Of a DNA stretch of 64,000 nucleotides, positions 50,266 to 59,760 are shown piece by piece. The stretch lies in the NCBI GenBank assembly GCA_963754945.1, contig CAVWIG010000017.1:128001-192000 (forward strand), given 5' to 3'. Position numbers and translations under genes: made by a program. The stretch comes from Methanotrichaceae archaeon. Lineage in GTDB: Archaea; Halobacteriota; Methanosarcinia; Methanotrichales; Methanotrichaceae. Every line of letters begins with the position of its first letter. Within the stretch, counting starts at the first letter, position 1. The notes under the pieces were generated by a model. It worked only from the letters and a program-made list of their open reading frames with translations. It was not told the DNA's origin and ran no database searches.

Positions 50266-50857
50266 TTTTAAGTGAATACCCCGCACTTGCTGCGGGGATG
50301 AGCATGAAAACCGACTTAAGGGTAGTTGCATATTCGGTTTATGGTTAAATTAGGAAGGACGAATCATTGCGTGTACAAAATTAGGTATCACATGGTTCTA
50401 TGTATAAAGGATAGAAAGAAATTACTTTCTGGAAATAATAAGATTGAATATTTCAAGTATATTTGCTCAGAATTGGGAGAACGATATCAATTTGTATTTG
50501 ATGCCATTGGGACTGATGGAGATCACATACATATTTTCGTTGGAGCAGCTCCAAAGCATTCGCCATCAAGGATTATGCAAATAATAAAAAGCATAACCGC
50601 AAGAGAAATTTTCAAAAGATTTCCTGAAATCAAAAAAAGCACTTTGGGGCAGCGAATTTTGGAGCGATGGGGAATATATTGGGACGGTTGGTGATGGGAT
50701 ATTATCGGACATAATTCGCAATTATGTCGAAATGCAAGGAACAAAGGAAGAAAAAGAAGGATTTATGCAAATGAGTTTGCTTGAATTCGATTAACTTGGC
50801 GGCGGCGGGAACATGCCCCGCCTGCTTGCAGCGGGGTCCGCCGCCGCAACGTTTGAC
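50266..50857 (+). mobile_element. IS200-type (tnpA-only) element, 592 bp
   Basis: Inserted 3' of TTTAT; left hairpin CCCCGCA-cttgc-TGCGGGG; GC-rich right hairpin ending TTTGAC; no TSD. Confidence 0.9.
50341..50794 (+). pseudogene. tnpA: Y1 HUH transposase TnpA, frameshifted at A7 (50632-50638)
   Basis: YH.V, DHIH and KSITA motifs. Removing one A yields KKALWGSEFWSDG.Y...IRNYVEMQ with the catalytic Tyr. Confidence 0.88.
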
Positions 50858-51198
50858 TTTTCTGACAAAAATATAAGCTAGGCTACTATTTTAGATTATC
50901 TTTTCCGCTACATATTCCGACAGAATTATATAATGTTAATTTTATATCATAGCAATTTTATATTATATTTTAAACATAAATATGAACACATATTAATCAA
51001 TGGAAAACCATCTTGCCGAATTGCGCCTAAAGCACCTAGAATGTCAGGTTGGCCAGAAGAGTAGTTAAGCCGATCTTGAGGCCATGAAGCATACTCTTAT
51101 TCACTGTGCTATGGTGCTTTCCGCCCAATAGCCATGAACAACAGTGTAGACACGTCCTCTAAACTGAACGATAGCAGGTTAGACATAATCCCTTAAAA

Positions 51199-52338
51199 TC
51201 ATCCCGTTGCTATGACATCGCCGTGTGCATCCCTGAAAGCCTGGTCCTTCATCTGGCATGAGCACCTCCCTCTAAACCACCGGTACCCAGACATCTCCTT
51301 CCAGATCCCTTTGAGGCTCTTCTCCTTTATGTTGCCGAAGCGCAACGGCATGTAAGCGCAGGGAAGGGCATCGCCTGAAGAATCCACATGAATCCACCTT
51401 CGCCCGGCGAAACAGCCGAACATGTCCGGCGATAGAATGTAGGGCAAGGCGGTGACTCGTGGCCCAGGGCCTCTGTTCTTCGCTTTGTGAAATGTTTCGA
51501 GCCTTTTGACGTCGTTTTTGGACAGCACCTCATCCTGGTGAGAGGCCCATCTTCCAACAGCCACTATTTCGTACAGCGAAAGCTCGTGGACTCCCAGCTC
51601 GGAGGCCAAGGCATGAGCATCCTCCAGATGATCGATGTTCGAAGGAGAGGTCACCATGAACATGTCCACCAGCAGACCTGCATCCAGGGCATTCCTGATT
51701 CCGGAAAGAGCATCCTTGAAAGCTCCCTTCCGGCCTCTGACCCTATCGTGCTCGGCCTCGTGTGGGCTATCAATGCTGATTCTCACCGCATAAAGCCCGG
51801 CCTGCTTGAGCCTGTTAGCAAGGTCGGAAGTTAAGTGATAGCCGCTGGTGAAGGCTGCTGAGATGGCCCTGTGGTCTACTTGAGAGACCATCTCAGGAAG
51901 CTCTTCTCTCAGCATTGTCTCGCCTCCATCGAAGGTTATCAGGTACGAGCCCAAGTCCAGGGCCTCACCAATGGCTTTTTCGATGATCTCCCGGCTCAGG
52001 TTCTCCCCAATCCTCGAAGGCGCACTGCAGTGGATGCAGTCGTTGGGACAGGCACGCATGATTGCTATTGAAAACTGGTCCGGAATCCTTCTCCCTGTAA
52101 AGACTCCGATCTGTGCAGAGATCATCCGATCAAATGCGATGCTTGGAGCCGGTGGTATCCAGGTGGAGAAAATGAATTTGTCCGGGCCGGAGCTTATTGG
52201 TTTTTCGTCAGCAAAAACTAGATTGATCCTGTCTATGACAGGCTTTGCGACTGGGGCCAGAGGGCCTTTGGGAACCAGCGTTATGCCGTTCTCAGCTCTG
52301 GCCTCAATCCTCAGCAGAGGCTTACTTGCGATCTGCAT
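51199..52338 (-). CDS. Radical SAM protein with SPASM/twitch-like auxiliary cluster
   Basis: CPNDCIHC, GGE, CFAG...G...PC and C.C motifs. Confidence 0.88.
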   Translation of the reverse strand: MQIASKPLLRIEARAENGITLVPKGPLAPVAKPVIDRINLVFADEKPISSGPDKFIFSTWIPPAPSIAFDRMISAQIGVFTGRRIPDQFSIAIMRACPNDCIHCSAPSRIGENLSREIIEKAIGEALDLGSYLITFDGGETMLREELPEMVSQVDHRAISAAFTSGYHLTSDLANRLKQAGLYAVRISIDSPHEAEHDRVRGRKGAFKDALSGIRNALDAGLLVDMFMVTSPSNIDHLEDAHALASELGVHELSLYEIVAVGRWASHQDEVLSKNDVKRLETFHKAKNRGPGPRVTALPYILSPDMFGCFAGRRWIHVDSSGDALPCAYMPLRFGNIKEKSLKGIWKEMSGYRWFRGRCSCQMKDQAFRDAHGDVIATG

Positions 52339-53181
52339 TGGTCCAACCCCTGTAAGGTCATACGGTCTATCAGCTCGCGCAGTCGATCCTTGATCTTTGG
52401 GTTGCCGAAGCTCTCGTCGAGAGCCAATTTTGCCTCGCTGCAGTTATCATCGATGGCCTTGGTGCACATCTGAACGGCGGTCTCTGTCGTGTGTTGCTGG
52501 CCATAAATCTTTGGAAGGGTAACCGAAGCCTTGCCCGAAGCCTTTCCCTGGTCAATGCCAAGGTGCTCCTCGAGATCGTCCAGAATCTGATAGGCCATCC
52601 CCAAATGCATACCATACCTCTGGAGCCTGGCAACCTCTTCCGCAGGGGCGCGGGCGATAAGACAACCTATGCAGGCCGAGGCAGCGAATAGGGATGCAGT
52701 CTTTCTGGAGATGCAGGCGTAGTATTCTTCATAGGATGACGCTCTGGACAGGTCGAGCATCTCACCTTCAGACATGTTCATGCACGCATTGGCAAAAGTC
52801 GTGATGACAGGCTGGCTGTAGTGAGAGATCAGCTCAATTGACTTCGAGATGAGGTAATCGCCAGCAAGTAGAGCAGCCTCCGGGCCGTACCGCTCCAGGG
52901 TGCTTGGAGAGCCGCGCCTCATCTTGCCGGCGTCAAGTATATCGTCGTGGACCAGAGATGCAGCGTGCACAAGCTCCACAGCCAGGGCGGCGTTTGCAGC
53001 CTCGTTGGGCATCTCCGCCGAAAGCCTGAGAGGAGAAGATAAGGATCAGCGGCCGGACCCTTTTGCCGGGGTTTGTCAGGACGTAGCTTATGACCTCTCC
53101 CAGGTCAGACTTAGGCAGGCCGCCAACCAGCCTTGAAATCTCCCTGTTGATCAGGCGATACTCGTCCCAGCCAGCAAACAT
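52311..53181 (-). pseudogene. Polyprenyl diphosphate synthase, apparent frameshift at 53007-53009 (possibly sequencing error)
   Basis: GKRVRP in the upstream frame; ASLVHDDILD..RRG, KTASLF and YQILDD in the downstream frame. Removing one base gives 289 aa. Confidence 0.82.
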
Positions 53182-53403
53182 CGAATCGTTAACTGAACGG
53201 GAGGATATTTAGCTTTTGCTAATTAGATATTCATCTTTGAAATATTTTTCAGTTAAAGATAAAAAGCTTTGGTTAGGATTATCGAATAGACTTTGGTTTC
53301 CTTTAGGCTCTTTAAGCTTTCTCCTTCTTTGCGGCCAAAAATTTATAATCTTCACCTCCCTTTCAGAAATGTTGAAAAAGGAATCCCCAAAGGAGGAAAA
53401 AAT

Positions 53404-54307
53404 GTGAGAAGATTTATTTTATTACTGTCATTGCTATTTCTCATTGCCTCGTCCATTAGTCTCGCCGGGTTGGCCGAGCCTGCATCCAAATTCCAACGAG
53501 CTTCAGGGATAGTGGCATTGCTAACCGATTTCGGAACCGAGGACTACTACGTCGGAGCCCTTGAGGGATCAATCTACAGTGCAGACCCCGACTGTGAGAA
53601 TTTCCACTATCAGCCACCAGGTAAAGCCCTTCGATATCGCCGAAGGATCGTACATTCTGGCCAAGGCGGCCAGGTGGTACCCACCCGGAACCGTATTTGT
53701 AGGAGAGATCGATCCCGGATCGATCAGAGACAGGCGATTCATAGTCCTGGAGACCCTGGACTCTAAGCTCTTCGTGGGACCGGACAACGGCCTTTTCACC
53801 GAAGTAATACACGATCTAGGACTGGCCCATGCTTATCAGATCACAAACCAAAGCCTCATGAACCGAGAGAATGAGTCCGCCACCTTCCTGGGCTTTAGCG
53901 TCTATGGACCTGTGGCCGCACACTTAGCAGGAGGCGTTAGTCCCGATGAAGTTGGACCGGAGATAAGAGATCTCACGCAGTTTCCAGTGACCCAGCCTGA
54001 GGTAAACGGCTCCGAGATCACCGGTTCTGTAGTACACGTCGACCACTACGGCAACCTGATCACCAACATACCTGAAAAGATGGCAACCGGCGCAGGATTT
54101 GTGTCCGGACGGCCGCTTCTCATAAATCTTGGCAACAGAAGCGTCAACGCCACCTTCGCGACCACCTACGGTGATGTGGCCACAGGCCAATGGCTGGCGC
54201 TTATAAGCTCCGATGGAGCCGTGGAGGTGGCCAGGAACTTGGAGAACGCTGCAAAGACTGCAGGAGTTTTGGCCGGAGAGAAGGTCACACTCTCTCCGAG
54301 GATCTAA
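53404..54307 (+). pseudogene. SAM hydroxide adenosyltransferase / chlorinase-fluorinase (DUF62) family with signal peptide; frameshift at C4 53586-53589
   Basis: ALLTDFG..D.YVG, IDPG, GPDNGL, VDHYGNLITN and TYGDV motifs. Removing one C gives 300 aa. Confidence 0.82.
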
Positions 54308-54328
54308 TCCTCATTTTTTTAAGATGAT

Positions 54329-54745
54329 CTACAGCAGCCTGGAAGACTCCACCTTGGCGCATCTTCCCGCAACGACGTCATAACCTTCCCTATCAAGCAG
54401 CTTGATGGCTTCAGGGCTTTCAGCGCCGGGTTGCATCCAGAAGACCTTGAAGCCCTTCTCCTTGGCCTCCTCGCAAAGGGCAGGCACCGCGGAGGGCCTC
54501 CTGAAGACGTCTATGATGTCTATCTCTTCAGGGATATCTTTTAGGCAAGCGTAGACCTTCTCTCCCAGGATCTCCTGGCCAGCATAGTTAGGGTTGACCA
54601 GGTACAGCTTGAACCCGAATCCTTTCAACACCTCGGCCACGAAGTAGCTGGGCTTATACGGCACCGGAGAGATGCCTACCACGGCGATGGTTTTGCAGTC
54701 CTGGAGGGCTCTCCTCAGGTCTTCCTCTTTGGTTAAGATTGGCAT
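54329..54745 (-). CDS. CoA-binding protein (YccU-like)
   Basis: IAVVGIS, VNP, IDVFRR, WMQPG and C..VE motifs. Confidence 0.88.
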   Translation of the reverse strand: MPILTKEEDLRRALQDCKTIAVVGISPVPYKPSYFVAEVLKGFGFKLYLVNPNYAGQEILGEKVYACLKDIPEEIDIIDVFRRPSAVPALCEEAKEKGFKVFWMQPGAESPEAIKLLDREGYDVVAGRCAKVESSRLL

Positions 54746-54819
54746 CTTTAATCCTCTAAAGAATAATGAACTATTTTGGCTATAATACTATCTCTCCACA
54801 ACATCAAATGACCAAAAAA

Positions 54820-54898
<79 letters not shown>

Positions 54899-55103
54899 GC
54901 AATGCCTGTTGTACTCTCCATTCTTGTAGTTTTCGGTGGTCGCTTCTCGGGATCGTCATCAAATCCATTGTACTTGAACATCGATTCATCCCGTTTGACC
55001 ATATGAGCGACGGCAGAATCATCCTCGCATGCCAGTTTCCAGCTCTTTAATCCTAGGGAAGTTCCCTTGAGTTCTCTCATGGCACGACCATCGGAAGCCT
55101 GAA

Positions 55104-56258
55104 TCAGCTCAGGATCTTGTTGTAAACCTCTTCCGTCCGCTTGGCTATTCTGTCCCAGCTGAATTCAGCCTCAATCCTGCTGTGTCCTGCTCTGCCCAAC
55201 TTTTTCATCTCTTCGGGGTTCTGGAGGAGACGGTTGATGCACCACGCTATGGACTCTGGCTGGATGTACGCAATTAGCCCATCCTCGAAGTTCTTTATTA
55301 TGCTTACAGCTTCTGTAGCAACAACGGGTTTGCAGGCGTCCCAGGCTTCCAGCACGACTACTCCGAAGGGCTCGTTCCGGCTTGGAGTGCATATGAGGTC
55401 GCAGGCGTTCATCAGCTCTTCTTTTGTGGAGGGTGAGGTATAACCCAGGAACCTGCACGCATCTCCTACATTCAGCTCTCCGGCACGGCGCTCACACGCT
55501 GACCTCATATCCCCTTCGCCCATGAAAACGAACTTCATATCCGGCCGATTCTTCAGGACCATGGGAATGGCCTCGACCAGAAGATCGGGTCCTTTCTGGA
55601 CGCTCATTCTTCCGCAGAAGAGCGCCATCGGAGACAGGGGAGGGATGCCGTACTTTTCCTTCACTCTCCCGGCATCCAGGCTTTTTCTCATCTTACCCGC
55701 TATTATGCCGTTTGGAATTATTGTGATCTTGCTGGCAGGTATGGAGTACAGCCACATTATCTCGTCCATCATCCGCCTTGTCGTGACGATTATCTGCGAG
55801 GACTCGTACTCTCCCAGCCACTCCCTATGAGATATCTCCTTGGACACGCCATTTCCGAAGTGGTTCCCGTTCCTGCCCCACTCGGTGCTGTGAATGGTAA
55901 GGACACTAGGGACACCGCAATCTTTCTTAATTCGACTCAGGGCTGGAACGGGATGCCAGTCATGCCCATGGACGATATCAAAACTACCAAATATCTTCTG
56001 AACCGCCAGAAAGCGATCGTACATAACGCTGCTCATCTTATCCATCTGGTCGACTATGCCTCTAGATCCATCATAGTCCACCCTCTGGTAATGAACGCCA
56101 TTGATTTTATCGTATGAATCAAACTCGCCACGTCGCGTAATTACGTGCACTTCGTGGCCTCTTCTGGCCAGAGCCTCTGATAGCTCGGAGACGTGGGGTG
56201 CAATCCCACCAACCTTAACTGAGTATAAGCTCTCCCAGGAGAACATCCCAATTCGCAT
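55104..56258 (-). CDS. GT4 glycosyltransferase (glycogen cluster)
   Basis: VGG.APHV, HGHDW, HSTE.GR, GR...QKG and EPFG.V.LEA motifs. Confidence 0.9.
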   Translation of the reverse strand: MRIGMFSWESLYSVKVGGIAPHVSELSEALARRGHEVHVITRRGEFDSYDKINGVHYQRVDYDGSRGIVDQMDKMSSVMYDRFLAVQKIFGSFDIVHGHDWHPVPALSRIKKDCGVPSVLTIHSTEWGRNGNHFGNGVSKEISHREWLGEYESSQIIVTTRRMMDEIMWLYSIPASKITIIPNGIIAGKMRKSLDAGRVKEKYGIPPLSPMALFCGRMSVQKGPDLLVEAIPMVLKNRPDMKFVFMGEGDMRSACERRAGELNVGDACRFLGYTSPSTKEELMNACDLICTPSRNEPFGVVVLEAWDACKPVVATEAVSIIKNFEDGLIAYIQPESIAWCINRLLQNPEEMKKLGRAGHSRIEAEFSWDRIAKRTEEVYNKILS

Positions 56259-56435
56259 CTATTTCACCATTTCAATTCTCAAATGCGCTCATATTGACTT
56301 GATCTGCCCAAACTGCCCAAAATTGAGCATTTGGTTAATCTGCTGTTGAACCGAATGGATATAGAACCACGCCAGAGGCTAAGCATTTTGCGAATACTCT
56401 ATGACCTTGATAATTCATTAACCTTTCGGCTTTCT

Positions 56436-57407
56436 TTATGCCATTCTGAGCTCTGACGCTGCCTGCTCTGGAGGTACCGGATTGATGTAGACCCCTGTAG
56501 ACTTCTCGAATCCAGCGATCTTTGCCAATGCAGGCTGGATCCTTATGTTCATATGATAACCTGAGGGAGCCTGGAAGATCATGTAATTGAAAGGCGGATC
56601 GTCCAGAAGGGATTTCAGTCGCCTTAACGCGTCGCCCAGGATCTGGCCCAGATCTCTCTGCTGATCCTTGTCCATAGCCATCAGGTCGCTTATGTGCCTT
56701 TTCGGAAGAATCCATGTTTCGTAGGGTGCAATAGAATAGAACGGGGCTATCAGGACCCAGCTATCGTTGCTGGCAATGAGCCGGCTCGATGAAGCCTCGC
56801 GCTCGGCAATGTTGCAGTAAATGCAGAAGGATGCTGATGACAGTGCAGTTGTCTCCCGTTTGATGAGTGGGGGCAATATCGGAATGGCTATTATCTGAGA
56901 GTGGGTATGGCTCATCGACGCACCTGCCGCATCCCCCCAGTTCTTGAAAATAGAGATGTAGCTGACGCCTTGCATACGTCGGTAATGGGAATAACGGTCT
57001 CTATAGACCTCAAGGATCAGCTCCAACTGATCTCTGCTGAAGTCCGCCGGACCGATCCCGTGATCGGGAGAGTCCACTATCACCTCATGAAATCCATGCC
57101 CGGGCAGTGCAATCCACTCTGTCGTGGGCGGGGTGGGCTTTGGCACCATTGCAGCAAAAAGGTTGGGGAAGACCCGAGCCCTCCAGTTTCGGACCCTCTC
57201 TGCACCGTCGGCTAGAACGCCTTGATCTTGATCGGTGTAAACTGCGTCCGCAGGAGGAGTCATCTCCTCGTTGCCGGGACAGAAGGGACAGGTCTTGGAG
57301 TCGGCCAGTTCAGGTTTTGCCACCTTAAAGTCAGAAGGCCTTTTCTTTCGCTCGGCAGCGATGATGCAGTACTCGTCCAGAAAGTAGTGCTTTCTTATCT
57401 CCGGGAT
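56436..57407 (-). CDS. GalT-family hexose-1-phosphate nucleotidyltransferase; start appears to be ATC
   Basis: EIRK......IIA.ER.KRP, CPFCPGNE, GASMSHTHSQ and AGFE..TG..IN...PE motifs. The conserved N-terminus extends to 57407 behind a GGAGGTG RBS. Confidence 0.85.
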   Translation of the reverse strand: MPEIRKHYFLDEYCIIAAERKKRPSDFKVAKPELADSKTCPFCPGNEEMTPPADAVYTDQDQGVLADGAERVRNWRARVFPNLFAAMVPKPTPPTTEWIALPGHGFHEVIVDSPDHGIGPADFSRDQLELILEVYRDRYSHYRRMQGVSYISIFKNWGDAAGASMSHTHSQIIAIPILPPLIKRETTALSSASFCIYCNIAEREASSSRLIASNDSWVLIAPFYSIAPYETWILPKRHISDLMAMDKDQQRDLGQILGDALRRLKSLLDDPPFNYMIFQAPSGYHMNIRIQPALAKIAGFEKSTGVYINPVPPEQAASELRMA

Positions 57408-58615
57408 GCTGCCACCTCCCTGTAGATGTTCAGGGTGATCTGTGCAGCCCGTCTCCAGGTGAAGTTCTTTTGTACCCTCTCTCTAGCGTTTTTCCCCCAT
57501 GCCTTCAATCTGTCGGGATCCTCAAGAGCCAGGTTGATCCCCCAGGCTATATCTTCAGGGTCACTGGGATTAATGTGCACGCCAGTGGGCTTCTTTGTGC
57601 CGGGATGTTCCACTATCTCCCTCAAGCCCGAAACGCCGCTGGCTCCAACAACCGCGGCCTTGCCCATGGCCGCAGCTTCCAGGGCTACGATCCCAAAGGG
57701 CTCGTAGAGGCTCGGAAAGACGCACAAGTCGGCAAGTGCGTAGTGGTAAGCTTTGGCCTCTGGGTCGATGAAATCTGTCACCAGGGTCAGAAAACCTGTC
57801 TTTTCAGCCTCAGACCTGACAAGTTCCTCCAAGCTTCCTTTGCCAACCATCAGCAACCTGACTCGCGGATGCTTTTCCAGAACCTTTGGAATAGCCTGAA
57901 GAAACTGGATTACTCCTTTGACCGGTTCCAACCTCCCGATGAACAGAATCACAGTGTCATCGACGTCCAGGCCGTACCTTTCTCTAAGCTTTTCCAGCTT
58001 AGCGGGATCTATCCTCGAAGGATCGAAGAACTCGGAGTCCACACCGTGATAGCAAACCCGGATCTTTTCATCCGGAACCCCTAGATCGACAAGCTCCTGC
58101 ACCATGGCCTCCGAGACTGTTATTACCAAGTCGGCCTCCTTTGCTCCTTTTTTTTCCAGGGAAACGAGCTGAGGATTAGGGTTCTCCGACCTTCCCACCT
58201 CTAATCCATGGACATGGTAGATCATAGGCGTGCCCTTTTGCTTCACAGCCAGGGCTCCCGGAAGTCCCAGCCAATCGTGAGCCACGCATAGGTCGTTGGG
58301 GCCTTCCTGTAGGAGCCTTGAAGCTGCAAGCTGGTTGTAGCTCAGAAGGTCCAGCAGGAGATCAAGGCCGGGCCCCCAGGAAAGAGTCTGCTCAGAAAAG
58401 AAAGGTACAAGCCCGTCCCTCATGGGAACAGGCGTTTCTCTGAAGACCTCGACTCCTCCGGCCATCTCATGGCTCGAGAGGTTTGCCTCTCCGGGGACAA
58501 ATACAGAAACGTTCTGGTCCAGGGCTACAAGCTCCCTCGATATGCAGTCCACGTAGACTCCAAGGCCACCGTAAATCCTGGGAGGAAATTCGGTGGTGAG
58601 ATAAGCCACTCTCAT
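57395..58615 (-). CDS. GT4 glycosyltransferase (glycogen cluster)
   Basis: EFPP.IYGGLG, AHDW, GRL..VKG and PSLYEPFGIVALEA motifs. Confidence 0.9.
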   Translation of the reverse strand: MRVAYLTTEFPPRIYGGLGVYVDCISRELVALDQNVSVFVPGEANLSSHEMAGGVEVFRETPVPMRDGLVPFFSEQTLSWGPGLDLLLDLLSYNQLAASRLLQEGPNDLCVAHDWLGLPGALAVKQKGTPMIYHVHGLEVGRSENPNPQLVSLEKKGAKEADLVITVSEAMVQELVDLGVPDEKIRVCYHGVDSEFFDPSRIDPAKLEKLRERYGLDVDDTVILFIGRLEPVKGVIQFLQAIPKVLEKHPRVRLLMVGKGSLEELVRSEAEKTGFLTLVTDFIDPEAKAYHYALADLCVFPSLYEPFGIVALEAAAMGKAAVVGASGVSGLREIVEHPGTKKPTGVHINPSDPEDIAWGINLALEDPDRLKAWGKNARERVQKNFTWRRAAQITLNIYREVAASRR

Positions 58616-58717
58616 TTTTTAACACCACGGTTTTAATCTCATTGAATCATGCCAGGACAAGTCTGCCGCACAGTCGGATGTCAGACAGCATTTTATAATT
58701 CGCTTTTTTGTGCATGC

Positions 58718-59509
58718 CTATGCCTGTGGCTTTATGACGACACGGTTTTCCGGATATGCTATCCTGCTCCGTTTGCAAATGAAAGACTCGTCTAAGTCGG
58801 CGGCCATCTGCCGCGCCAGCGTTATGGGGATTCCCATGATCATCAGCTCAGGAGGTAACCAGGAATTTCCTGTTGGATCTGTCGGACCAATATATGCCGA
58901 GTCTTTCGGCGCATTCTCTGCCATGCCCGCTGGAAAGGTGATCATCGCAGAACAGGTAGCCCCAGCGGGTATAACTGTCTTAAAGAACGGGTCAGAGCTG
59001 TTGAACTGTGCCAGGCCACACAGGTTCCTGATCTGTTCACTGCCTGCAAAGAGGATCAGCGATGTGATCTTGTCCGGTGTAATATCGTCAGTACAGGGCC
59101 CGATGATAATGTATTTGCCAGGCGGGGTGACCTTCCCGGCGCGCTTCCTCTGCTCTTCGAATAGCTCCGGTGTCGCCTTTAAATGCTCGGCTGCGCCGCC
59201 GCTGAAGTCCGGCGCGCCCACGGTCACAAAGTACTTGAGCTTGGGGTGAGGTTCATCGAACCCCATCCATACCATTCCTCCAGGGCAGCACTCCGCGTGA
59301 CTTGCCTCTACATACAGCCGGGGCGTCTGCTCAATAAGAGCGGCAGTATATACCGCCTTCGCTATACAACGATCTACAGCGTACGAAGGTACTGCGCTCT
59401 GCGGTATCTCATCTGTGCCATAGACACATAGAGGACGCAGCTTCAGCCTGCCAGCCTCGGCAAGCTTTTTCCCCAATTCTTGAACGCTTAACATGGCGAC
59501 CTCTGTCAT
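58718..59509 (-). CDS. DUF169 family protein
   Basis: CCPGG...MGF, ATCS and IG.TD pattern. Confidence 0.7.
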   Translation of the reverse strand: MTEVAMLSVQELGKKLAEAGRLKLRPLCVYGTDEIPQSAVPSYAVDRCIAKAVYTAALIEQTPRLYVEASHAECCPGGMVWMGFDEPHPKLKYFVTVGAPDFSGGAAEHLKATPELFEEQRKRAGKVTPPGKYIIIGPCTDDITPDKITSLILFAGSEQIRNLCGLAQFNSSDPFFKTVIPAGATCSAMITFPAGMAENAPKDSAYIGPTDPTGNSWLPPELMIMGIPITLARQMAADLDESFICKRSRIAYPENRVVIKPQA

Positions 59510-59760
59510 ACAATCACTTTCGAAATGTTATGGGTTTCCGTCAAGAGCTTTTCATGTGTAATAAGTGCGCTTATATCGAAACAACGTTCATGAGATGGAC
59601 CGTCACGTTTGTCGCGTACTTAGGGCCGCTCCATGTATATCAGGCGTTCTGGCAGACTATAAGTATTCTACTGCCGGAGGCTGGAACGTTTTGCTGCTGT
59701 CGCCCTTCGTCGGTGGCTGAAAACAACGCGATCGCAGCCTCCATGTGCCATTGCTCGAGA

